Positions 22,877 to 31,244 of a DNA stretch of 64,000 nucleotides are shown here, in pieces. Made by a program: the position numbers and the translations under genes. How positions within the stretch are numbered: position 1 is the first letter of the stretch; each line of letters starts with the position of its first letter. The stretch is taken from NCBI GenBank assembly GCA_965147435.1, contig CBCTKC010000006.1, positions 29,168-93,167 of the forward strand. The letters are read 5' to 3'. The notes beneath the pieces are model-generated. The model was not told the DNA's origin. It did no database searches and saw only the letters and a program-made list of their open reading frames with translations. This DNA comes from an uncultured Eggerthella sp. (GTDB lineage Bacteria > Actinomycetota > Coriobacteriia > Coriobacteriales > Eggerthellaceae).

Positions 22877-24319
22877 CTAATGTGAGTGAGCAAGGAAGCC
22901 TGCGAGTGCTGTGGCGATTTCTTCGATCTCTTCGTTGTTCATGAGGGTTCGTGCGTCAAAGAGCAGTTTCTCTCGGTTAATGCGAGCTATGACGGGAGTG
23001 CGACGGTTTTGGGCAAGGTGGGCGGCACACTCTTGTGCGTTCCAGCCCAAGGGTTCGATCTCAACCGAATAGGAGGGGATGTCGTACATGGGAAGAGAGC
23101 CGCCGCCTGCTCGTGCAATGCTCGTTACGACGGAGATCCTGCACGAGCCTTCGGGGACTGAAGCGGAAACTGCTTTGCGCAGTGATTCCGCCTGCTCTTC
23201 TACTGCTTCGACAGGTGCGGTGAGCATATGCAAGGTGGGTATATGCTCGTGTGCCTTCTCGGGGTCGAGGTACAGGCGAAGGGTGGCTTCAAGCGCGGCG
23301 ATGGTCATTTTGTCAAGGCGCAAAGCACGTGCTAACGGATTCTTCTTCAAGCGATCTATCAGGCATTTGTTGCCGACAATGATGCCTGCTTGTGGGCCGC
23401 CGAGCAGCTTGTCTCCTGAGAAGGAAACCAAGTCGCACCCTTCAAGCGCTTCGGTGACCGTGGGTTCCCCGTATCCCTCTAGACCTCGCAAGGGGAGAAG
23501 CATACCGGAGCCAAGATCTTCATACACCAGAAGGTCGTCTTCGCCAGTGCCGCTTCTGCGCTCATTTTCGCGAGCAGCAATTGCTTTCAGCTCTTTTGCC
23601 TCAACCGATTCGGTGAAGCCAATAAGGCGATAGTTGGAGGTATGAACCTTTAGCAGCATGGCGGTGTCGGATGTGATGGCGCGCTCGTAGTCGGAGGGGT
23701 GGGTTTTATTGGTGGTTCCCACTTCAACCATATGTGCGTTGGAGAAGTCCATAATATCGGGGATGCGGAACGAGCCCCCGATTTCGATGAGCTCGCCACG
23801 GGAGATGACCGCTTGACGGTTGCGGGCGAATTCGTTGAGCACCATCATCACTGCAGCAGCATTGTTATTGACCGCAATTGCTGCTTCTGCTCCAGTCAGG
23901 GTGCAGATCAACTCTTCGCAGTGGGAGTGCCTGCTGCCGCGCTGCATGGTGGTAAGGTCGTATTCCAAAGTGGAGTAGCCCTTTGCTGCGTTTTCGACCG
24001 CTGCTACTGCCTGCGGTGCAAGGGCACTTCGCCCCAAGTTGGTATGGAGTATCACGCCTGTGGCGTTGATTACCTGCTTGAGCGAGGGTTCGGCCTGCGC
24101 CTGCAGGCGACGGAGCGTTCTGTTTGCTATCTCTTCTTCTGTCGGTGCCGTATTGTCTTCGAGGATCGTAGTGCGGGCTGCTTCAACTTCCTTGCGGATG
24201 CAATCGACTACCAGTTCGTGGGGAAAGACTTCCATCGGGATAGACCGAGAAAGCGTGGTGAGCACTTCGTCTACAGCGGGAAGGGCTCGCAGGGCTTTGA
24301 GCTGGAGTTCTGTTGGCAT
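22877..24319 (-). CDS. selA: L-seryl-tRNA(Sec) selenium transferase
   Basis: VINATGVILHTNLGRS, VNNNAAA, EIGGSFRIPD, FSGDKLLGGPQAG. Confidence 0.97.
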   Translation of the reverse strand: MPTELQLKALRALPAVDEVLTTLSRSIPMEVFPHELVVDCIRKEVEAARTTILEDNTAPTEEEIANRTLRRLQAQAEPSLKQVINATGVILHTNLGRSALAPQAVAAVENAAKGYSTLEYDLTTMQRGSRHSHCEELICTLTGAEAAIAVNNNAAAVMMVLNEFARNRQAVISRGELIEIGGSFRIPDIMDFSNAHMVEVGTTNKTHPSDYERAITSDTAMLLKVHTSNYRLIGFTESVEAKELKAIAARENERRSGTGEDDLLVYEDLGSGMLLPLRGLEGYGEPTVTEALEGCDLVSFSGDKLLGGPQAGIIVGNKCLIDRLKKNPLARALRLDKMTIAALEATLRLYLDPEKAHEHIPTLHMLTAPVEAVEEQAESLRKAVSASVPEGSCRISVVTSIARAGGGSLPMYDIPSYSVEIEPLGWNAQECAAHLAQNRRTPVIARINREKLLFDARTLMNNEEIEEIATALAGFLAHSH

Positions 24320-24462
24320 AGTTTGCAACCTCTTCTGTGTTTGATCGGTTCAAACCCAAGTGTCGGGAGTGTATTCAAGCGCACATTATAAGAAGCTTCG
24401 TATTTAACGGGCTTGCTTTTCCCATTAGTGGACAATTTGAGGCACTGAAGTGAAAAGCTCGC

Positions 24463-24490
24463 GTGACAATCTCGCGTCAATGGGTATAAT
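24463..24490 (+). promoter_or_regulatory. sigma70-type promoter of the yedE operon
   Basis: GTGACA-16 nt-TATAAT. Confidence 0.55.
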
Positions 24491-24721
24491 CAGCGCGGCA
24501 AAAGCATGATGTTCAGCTGTTTTCTGCCTATGAGCTGATCACGATGTGTTTGCCGTCGTTGCCCGATCGGGCATTTGCTGCGCTTGATTCTGCTCCAGGC
24601 GCCATCTTTTCTACATTCCCGCCCGTGTGGTGGGTTTCCTGTTGTGTCGGGCGAACTGCGCCATCCCCCCAGTGCGGCATTAGCGGTTTTGCCCCTTTCC
24701 CCCTCAATGAAGGAGACTTGC

Positions 24722-25783
24722 GTGAATTCTGAGACTAAAGAACGAGTGATTCTCGTTGTATGCGGCGTTGTTGCTGCCGCCGTTGCCATCATGCTCGCAT
24801 CGAGCGGCAATCCGGGCAACATGGCAATTTGCATTGCTTGCTTTGTTCGTGATACCGCCGGCGCTATGAAGCTGCAGACTAACGAAACGGTGCAGTACCT
24901 GCGCCCTGAAATCATTGGAATCATCGTTGGCGCTTGCGTTATGGCTTTTGCAAACAAGGAATTCAAGGCCACGGCTGGTTCTTCCCCCTTTACCCGCTTT
25001 GTCCTTGGCTTTGTAATGATGATTGGCTGCCTTATCTTCTTGGGTTGCCCGTTGCGCATGGTTTTGCGTATGGCGGGCGGCGACCTTAACGCCTGGGTTG
25101 CCCTGATTGGCTTTGCTGTCGGTATCGGTGTTGGCGTTCTGTTCCTGAAAAAAGGCTTTTCGTTGGGCCGCGCTGAAGCGGTAAAGAAGGCGGAAGGTCT
25201 TGCTCTCCCCGTTATCGTTATCGCCGTGTTCGTCTTGAGCATCACCACTACCGTGTTTGCCGTTTCTCAGTCTGGCCCTGGCAGCATGCATGCTCCGGTT
25301 GCTCTTTCCATCATCGGCGGTATTGCTTTTGGCGTTATCGCTCAGCGCACGCGCCTTTGCTTCGCTGGCGGCCTGCGTGACACCTTCCTGGTACGCGATG
25401 GTTGGGGTTTGGTTGTAATCGGCATCCTGTTTGCTGGCGTGCTCGTTTACAATCTTGCTTCCGGTCATTTCAACCTTAGCTTCGCCGATCAACCTATCGC
25501 TCATACCGATGCCCTTTGGAACATTTTGGGTATGTTTGTTGTGGGCTTCAGCGCTACGCTTTTGGGCGGCTGTCCTCTGCGTCAGATGGTATTGGCTGGC
25601 TCTGGTTCCGGCGATTCTGCCGTAACGTTCATCGGACTTCTGGTCGGAGCGGCGTTTGCTCACAACTTCGGCATTGCTTCTAGCCCCAAGGGCGTAACCG
25701 AGGCTGGTCAGATTGCCACCGTAGTTTGTATCGTCGTATTGTTCGTCATTGCCGCTGTTAACCTTAAGCGCGCACGTTCGTAA
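24722..25783 (+). CDS. yedE: YedE family putative selenium/sulfur transporter
   Basis: GNPGNMAICIACFVRD, FLGCPLR, QRTRLCFAG, GGCPLRQ; GTG start after AAGGAG. Confidence 0.9.
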   Translation: MNSETKERVILVVCGVVAAAVAIMLASSGNPGNMAICIACFVRDTAGAMKLQTNETVQYLRPEIIGIIVGACVMAFANKEFKATAGSSPFTRFVLGFVMMIGCLIFLGCPLRMVLRMAGGDLNAWVALIGFAVGIGVGVLFLKKGFSLGRAEAVKKAEGLALPVIVIAVFVLSITTTVFAVSQSGPGSMHAPVALSIIGGIAFGVIAQRTRLCFAGGLRDTFLVRDGWGLVVIGILFAGVLVYNLASGHFNLSFADQPIAHTDALWNILGMFVVGFSATLLGGCPLRQMVLAGSGSGDSAVTFIGLLVGAAFAHNFGIASSPKGVTEAGQIATVVCIVVLFVIAAVNLKRARS

Positions 25784-25794
25784 AGGAGCTCAAT

Positions 25795-26001
25795 ATGGTT
25801 ACCGTAGACGCTAAGGGTTTGTTTTGCCCCGAACCATTGATGATGACTCAGGATGCCCTGAAGAAGAATCCTGGCGAACAGGTGGTTGTAGAGGTTGATA
25901 GCGCAACTCCGCGCGATAATATCCTGCGTCTTGCTCGCCGCAAGAAGCTGAATGCCACTGTTGATGAAAAAGACGGAGTGTTCACCATTACTATCGGCTA
26001 A
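25795..26001 (+). CDS. TusA/SirA-family sulfur/selenium carrier
   Basis: VDAKGLFCPEP motif, 68 aa. Confidence 0.9.
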   Translation: MVTVDAKGLFCPEPLMMTQDALKKNPGEQVVVEVDSATPRDNILRLARRKKLNATVDEKDGVFTITIG

Positions 26002-26250
26002 CGTTTCGTAGCTTTGTTTGCCCCGATCAGCGCCTTGTTTCCGAGGAAATTCTGGTCGGGGCTATTTTATGTAAATGAGAACGGATTAAGATCAAGCGTT
26101 TTGCAGCGCGTTTGTCGTTTTGGGTGTACCGTAGGCGCTTTTCCGCAAGGGGGTTTTGCCACCGGTGTCGCTGACGTTCTCACCGTTGCCTGGGCGGAAC
26201 TTACCGCTTTGATCGGTTGGGGTGGTGTCTGGTGGAGTAGGGTTGTTTTC

Positions 26251-26463
26251 ATGATTATTATTGCTTTCCATACCACGGCTGACGCATTCGGGTTTGAGGA
26301 AATTGCCAAACGCTGCGGCCTTGAAGGTCGTTTGGGCACTATCCCGCGGAGCATTTCGGCTGGTTGCGGTTTTGCTTGGCTTGTCGAACAGGGTTCGAGG
26401 GAAAGGCTTCAGCGGTTCATCGTCCAACAGGGACTCGAGTGCGAAGGGATATACGAACAATGA
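26251..26463 (+). CDS. DUF3343 domain protein (putative Se/S carrier)
   Basis: IIAFHTTADA...PRSISAGCG; stop overlaps next start (ATGA); start uncertain. Confidence 0.8.
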   Translation: MIIIAFHTTADAFGFEEIAKRCGLEGRLGTIPRSISAGCGFAWLVEQGSRERLQRFIVQQGLECEGIYEQ

Positions 26464-27668
26464 GGATCCTGAATGTTACCGCCCAAAAGCCAGATAGTAC
26501 GGGCAGCGGTGTGTATCTGGCCGAAATGGTGCGTTGTGAAGTCGCTGCTGGCCATAGTGCCGCAGTTATTTGCGGGATCGCCCCCGATGATCCGCTGCCG
26601 TTTCCATCTGGTGTAAGTGCGTACCCGGTTCACTTCGAAACGGACGAGGTGCCGTTTCCCGTATGCGGTATGTCGGACGAAATGCCCTATCGGGCAACGC
26701 GTTATCGCGACATGGACCATCAGATGGTTTCTTGCTTTCGCGCTGCTTTTGCGAAGAGAATCGAGCGGGCTGTAGAGGAATTTTGCCCCGATGTGGTGGT
26801 ATGCCATCACTTATATCTGCTTACCGCTTTGGTGCGAAGTATGGTTTCCGACATCCCGGTGTTTGCTATTTGCCATTCTACCGATCTTCGTCAAATGCGT
26901 ACGCACAGTCTTGAGCGCGATGCCATTATTGAAGGCATCCGCTCTCTGACGGGCGTTTTTGCCCTCCACGGTGAACAGCGTGGCGAGATCATCGATCTGT
27001 ATGGATGCGAGCCTTATAATGTTCAGGTGCTGGGTACTGGGTACAACTCCTCAGTGTTTAAGGCTTCATCCCCGCATTCGCAGGAGGAAGGTGAGCTATC
27101 GCTTCTGTACGTTGGCAAGATTTGGGAAAAGAAGGGCGTTGGGTGTTTGCTTGATGCCGTTGATCAAGTCCAGGTCCCTGGGAAACAGCTAAGTCTCTGT
27201 TTAGTGGGCGGACACAATGATGCTGCCGAATACCAGCGCTTTACCCAGCGAGCGGCTGCCTGCACTGCTGCTGTTGAATTTGCTGGCCGCCTTGAAACGC
27301 ATGAATTGGTGCGCGCCTATCAGAATGCCGACATCTTCGTGCTCCCGTCTTTTTTTGAAGGGTTGCCCCTGGTTGTTGTCGAGGCGCTGGCCTGTGGTTG
27401 TCGTGTTGTGGTGAGCGATCTGCCCGGTATTCGTCCGTGGCTTGAAAGCCATGTCCCTGATGCGCCTGTGGTGTTCGTGCGTCCGCCTCGTATGCGCACG
27501 GCAGACGACCCTTGTCCCGAAGAGCTGGGTCCTTTCTCTGAGCGTATTGCTTGCGCCATTGGTGAAGCGGCGCATTTGGCTCCATTTGAGGGCGATATGC
27601 ATTCGCTTACGTGGGAAGGTCTTACGGCTCGTTTTGTTTCCTTCGTTCGCCCATTCTGTAAGGGGTGA
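26460..27668 (+). CDS. glycosyltransferase family 4 (GT-B)
   Basis: MRILNVTAQKPDSTGSG N-terminus, YVGKIWEKKG, PSFFEGLPLVVVEALACG (E-x7-E). Confidence 0.9.
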   Translation: MRILNVTAQKPDSTGSGVYLAEMVRCEVAAGHSAAVICGIAPDDPLPFPSGVSAYPVHFETDEVPFPVCGMSDEMPYRATRYRDMDHQMVSCFRAAFAKRIERAVEEFCPDVVVCHHLYLLTALVRSMVSDIPVFAICHSTDLRQMRTHSLERDAIIEGIRSLTGVFALHGEQRGEIIDLYGCEPYNVQVLGTGYNSSVFKASSPHSQEEGELSLLYVGKIWEKKGVGCLLDAVDQVQVPGKQLSLCLVGGHNDAAEYQRFTQRAAACTAAVEFAGRLETHELVRAYQNADIFVLPSFFEGLPLVVVEALACGCRVVVSDLPGIRPWLESHVPDAPVVFVRPPRMRTADDPCPEELGPFSERIACAIGEAAHLAPFEGDMHSLTWEGLTARFVSFVRPFCKG

Positions 27669-27673
27669 TCTTC

Positions 27674-28822
27674 ATGATCTATTTCGACAACGCCGCCACT
27701 ACACTTATGAAGCCGCCCGGGGTTGCTGATGCTGTAGTGCGCGGTATCTCGTCTTTTGGTGGCGTGGGGCGTGGGGTGCATCCAGCATCCCTTGAAGCGG
27801 GTAGGGCTGTGTTTGAGGCTCGTCGCAGTGTGGCGCGTTTGCTTGGCGCGCCTTCGCCCTCATGTGTCTCGTTTGCCCTCAATGCCACAGTGGCATTGAA
27901 CATTGCTCTTCAAGGCTTGGCGACTCCTGGCTGTACGCTCGTCACCACTGCGGCTTCGCACAATTCTGTGTTGCGTCCCTTGAACCGTCTTCGCGATGAA
28001 TCAGAGTGCGTGGTAAAGGTTGCTTCGATCAAACCCGATGGCAGCCTCGACTTCGACGAATACGAGCGCATGCTTTCGGAAGGTGGCGTTCGTTATGTTG
28101 CCGCAACCCATGCATCGAACCTTACAGGCGATGTGTACGATGTTGCTCGTATGGCTCAGATTGCCCATAAACATGGTGCCCTGTTTATCCTTGATGCAGC
28201 TCAAACCGCTGGCGCTCTTCCTCTGTCCCAAGAAGAACTTGGCGCCGATGTGGTGTGCTTCACGGGGCACAAGAGCCTGTTTGGCCCGCAGGGCACGGGA
28301 GGCCTTTGTGTAGTGCCCGACCTCGATATAGCACCTTTGGTGGAAGGCGGGTCGGGAACCCATACGTTCGATGAGCGCCATCCGCGGTTCATGCCGGAAG
28401 CGCTTGAGGCAGGTACGGTAAACGCCCATGGATTGGCTGGCTTGGCGGCTGGCGTACGTTATATTGAAGAAACGGGCGTTGACGTAATCCATGAAAAGGT
28501 ATCTCGTATAACGTCCCAGTTCGAGGAGGGCGCTTGTGATATTGGGGGCGTTTCTGTTCTGGGCGGTCATGGAGGCATCGATCGAAACGGAGTTGTTGCC
28601 ATCGATGTCGAGGGTGTCGACTCTTCTTTGTTGGGCGATGCCCTAGCACGTGATTGGGGCATTTGCACCCGTGCTGGTGCTCACTGCGCGCCTTTGATGC
28701 ACAGGGCGCTGGGCACCGAACAGCGCGGGGCGGTGCGATTCAGCTTCTCGTGCTTCAATACCGAAGAGGAGGTAGCCAAGGGCATCGTAGCGCTAAAAGA
28801 AAGCGTGAACGCACTCAGATAA
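27674..28822 (+). CDS. class V aminotransferase, cysteine desulfurase/selenocysteine lyase-like (group II)
   Basis: YFDNAATT, SHNSVLRP, DAAQTAG, FTGHKSLFGPQG, RAGAHCAP; alternative GTG start at 27665. Confidence 0.9.
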   Translation: MIYFDNAATTLMKPPGVADAVVRGISSFGGVGRGVHPASLEAGRAVFEARRSVARLLGAPSPSCVSFALNATVALNIALQGLATPGCTLVTTAASHNSVLRPLNRLRDESECVVKVASIKPDGSLDFDEYERMLSEGGVRYVAATHASNLTGDVYDVARMAQIAHKHGALFILDAAQTAGALPLSQEELGADVVCFTGHKSLFGPQGTGGLCVVPDLDIAPLVEGGSGTHTFDERHPRFMPEALEAGTVNAHGLAGLAAGVRYIEETGVDVIHEKVSRITSQFEEGACDIGGVSVLGGHGGIDRNGVVAIDVEGVDSSLLGDALARDWGICTRAGAHCAPLMHRALGTEQRGAVRFSFSCFNTEEEVAKGIVALKESVNALR

Positions 28823-28867
28823 TCAATGGCGCTGTATCTATGGCGCCTTGCAGGAAAGGAAACGCAT

Positions 28868-29464
28868 ATGAAGGAAGTTGACGCACGTGGGCTGCAGTGC
28901 CCCAAGCCTCTGATGATGGCGAAGAAGGAACTTGATGGTGGCTGCGATTCGTTGTTGGTGAAGGTCAGCAACGAAGCTGCCGTCTCGAATCTTCAGCATC
29001 TGGCGGGTCGTATGGCACGTCCTGTTTCGGTTGAGCAGGAAGATGATTTCTGGAATGTTCGGATCGGCGGTACTGATGGGGAAGAGGCCAACGCTCAGGC
29101 TGCTTCTTGCGAATGCGCCGAGCTGGAGCCTTATGCCGTATTTGTTGGTAAGGATTATGTGGGCGATGGTGACGAAACCTTGGGCAAGAGCTTGATGAAA
29201 ATGGCGCTGTATACCCTTTCGGAATCGGGCAATCCTCCCGCGCATTTGCTGTTCATGAACAGCGGCGTAAAGCTGGTTGCCGGCGGCGAGCAGGCGATTA
29301 TCGACAGTGTTAGCTCCCTTATCGCCCAAGGCACAGAAGTCCTGGTATGTGGAACCTGCCTCGATTTCTACGGGCTGAAAGAACAGCTTGCTGTGGGCGA
29401 GGTTTCCAACATGTATGACATTTTGGGACGCATGCAGGAATCTTCAAAAACCATCACCTTGTAA
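28868..29464 (+). CDS. yedF: sulfurtransferase-like selenium metabolism protein YedF (SirA + DsrE domains)
   Basis: VDARGLQCPKP; GDETLGKSLM, FMNSGVKL, VCGTCLDFYG, GEVSNMY. Confidence 0.9.
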   Translation: MKEVDARGLQCPKPLMMAKKELDGGCDSLLVKVSNEAAVSNLQHLAGRMARPVSVEQEDDFWNVRIGGTDGEEANAQAASCECAELEPYAVFVGKDYVGDGDETLGKSLMKMALYTLSESGNPPAHLLFMNSGVKLVAGGEQAIIDSVSSLIAQGTEVLVCGTCLDFYGLKEQLAVGEVSNMYDILGRMQESSKTITL

Positions 29465-29466
29465 TC

Positions 29467-29742
29467 ATGGCGGAATATCTGGTTGCCTTTGGTTCAACCC
29501 ATGCGGCGCTCTCGTTTGAGGCGGCGTTTGGGCCCGAGGGCTCATTAGTGCCTGTGCCACCCAAGGTGCGTGCGGGCTGTGGAATGGGGCTCTTGTTTCG
29601 CTGCCCCGATGACGGCAGGGCAGTAAAGCGGGCGCGCAACGTAGCTTGTGAGCTGGGTGTTGAAGATCAGATCGATGGCTTGTTCGCGAAGGGGTCGGGA
29701 TCCTATCGCTCCGTTCCTTTGGCGGAAGACGGGCCTTGTTGA
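29467..29742 (+). CDS. second DUF3343 domain protein
   Basis: LVAFGSTHAAL...PPKVRAGCG. Confidence 0.8.
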   Translation: MAEYLVAFGSTHAALSFEAAFGPEGSLVPVPPKVRAGCGMGLLFRCPDDGRAVKRARNVACELGVEDQIDGLFAKGSGSYRSVPLAEDGPC

Positions 29743-29910
29743 CGGGTTGGGCCTTGATTGCCTAATGGGCGGTAGGGCTTCCGCATGGGCTGATCAAAAG
29801 GGTCCTGAATATAGAAGGACCTGGAACGATTTTCCATTCCAGGTCCAAAATGAGGTTCGCTATTCGTCGAAGTTCGCTCCCTTGTAAGGGGCTAACAAGC
29901 GTGGGCGGTA

Positions 29911-30987
29911 TCAGCTGTCGCTGAAGGTGAGGTGGCCAGTGTTTCCTTCTGTTATGTATCCGATTCGTGCAGGCTTGCGACCGGAAAGCTCTTCGAACGT
30001 TTGCTCGAAAAGTGCTGAATTTTCGGCAGGGATGGCTGCCAGCATGCCGCCTGAAGTTTGTGGGTCGCAGATGACCCCTAGGCGATTATCGAATTCTTCT
30101 TCCTCAATATCCCCTTGGTCGATGTAGCCTTCAAGATCATCCATGATGGAGAAGGTGCGGCCAGGACGGCAGTAATCGCAGGAAAGCTGCCAAACTTGTT
30201 TGAATAAAGGGAGCGACGCGAAATCGATAACGGCGCTGCAATTGCTCGATTCGAGCATTTCATGCAAGTGCCCTGCCAATCCAAAGCCCGTTACATCGGT
30301 GGCGGCATGTACGCCTGCGGTTCGCATGGCCGCACCGCCTGCTGCGTTCAATTCCATCATCGAATCGATTACGGGCCTCATTTCCGCTTCGGTGATTTGG
30401 TCGATCTTTACCGCAGCACTCATAATGCCGGTGCCCAAGGGCTTGGTGAGATATAGTACGTCACCAGGGCATGCGCCTTCGTTGCGCACGATAGAATCGG
30501 GGGCAACCGTTCCGAACACCGAGAGACCATACTTTGGTTCCGTGTCGTCGATGGTGTGGCCGCCGGAAACGAAGGCTCCTGCTTCAGCTACAGCATCCGC
30601 TCCGCCTTGGAGGATAGCCGCTGCGACATCGGTCCCGAGTGAGCAATCGAGCGCCAGTAAGTTCAGTGCAACATGAGGTTGAGCGCCCATGGCGAATACG
30701 TCCGAGAGGGCATTGGCTGCCGCCACACGTCCGAATTCGTAAGGATCGTCTACCACGGGAGTGAAGAAGTCGACGGTGAGCACGGCAGCTAAATTGTCAT
30801 TGAGCTGCCAAACCGCGCAATCATCGCTCGTTTCGTATCCAAGCAATAGGTTGCTAGCTGCGGGTGGTGCACCTGCAGGATGAAGGGAAGAAAGTATTTC
30901 CTTGAGATCGCCCGGACCCCACTTTGCAGCTCAACCGCCTTTCGAGGTAAGTTGCGTAAGGCGTATGCGCTCTTCTTTCTCGCTCAT
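29911..30987 (-). CDS. selD: selenophosphate synthetase, selenoprotein (UGA=Sec at codon 19)
   Basis: read manually: MSEKEERIRLTQLTSKGG-U-AAKWGPGDL continues in frame into the 29911..30846 ORF (TVDFFTP, ANALSD, GGHT, TDVTGFGL, DPQTSGG); AAGGAGG RBS. Confidence 0.96.
30903..30921 (-). promoter_or_regulatory. putative bacterial SECIS of selD
   Basis: TGGGGTC-CGGGC-GATCTCA hairpin starting 9 nt after the UGA. Confidence 0.6.
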
Positions 30988-31244
30988 GTTCCCTCCTTAC
31001 AACGGTATTCCAGTATATCAGGTTGAGCGATTGGAACTTATTCCTCCATGCCGCAAACTTTGGCTTTTACCTGGTATTTTGAGTTATTTTCGGTTGAGAA
31101 TCATTTGAAAAAATCGACCGTTTATCGATATTTTGCAGAATGGCGTCTTTTTCCGAGATGGCCGACCCAAAGGGCTCCGATACGATACGCCCGTAGAGCC
31201 CTGCCCAAACGGCAGGGAAGGATAGCAATCGAAAGGAGTGGGAA

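Noticed and set aside
25795..29742. Additional UGA-Sec readthrough in TusA, YedF or DUF3343 genes
   Set aside because: Their active-site motifs (CPxP, CGTC, AGCG) are encoded as Cys in uninterrupted ORFs
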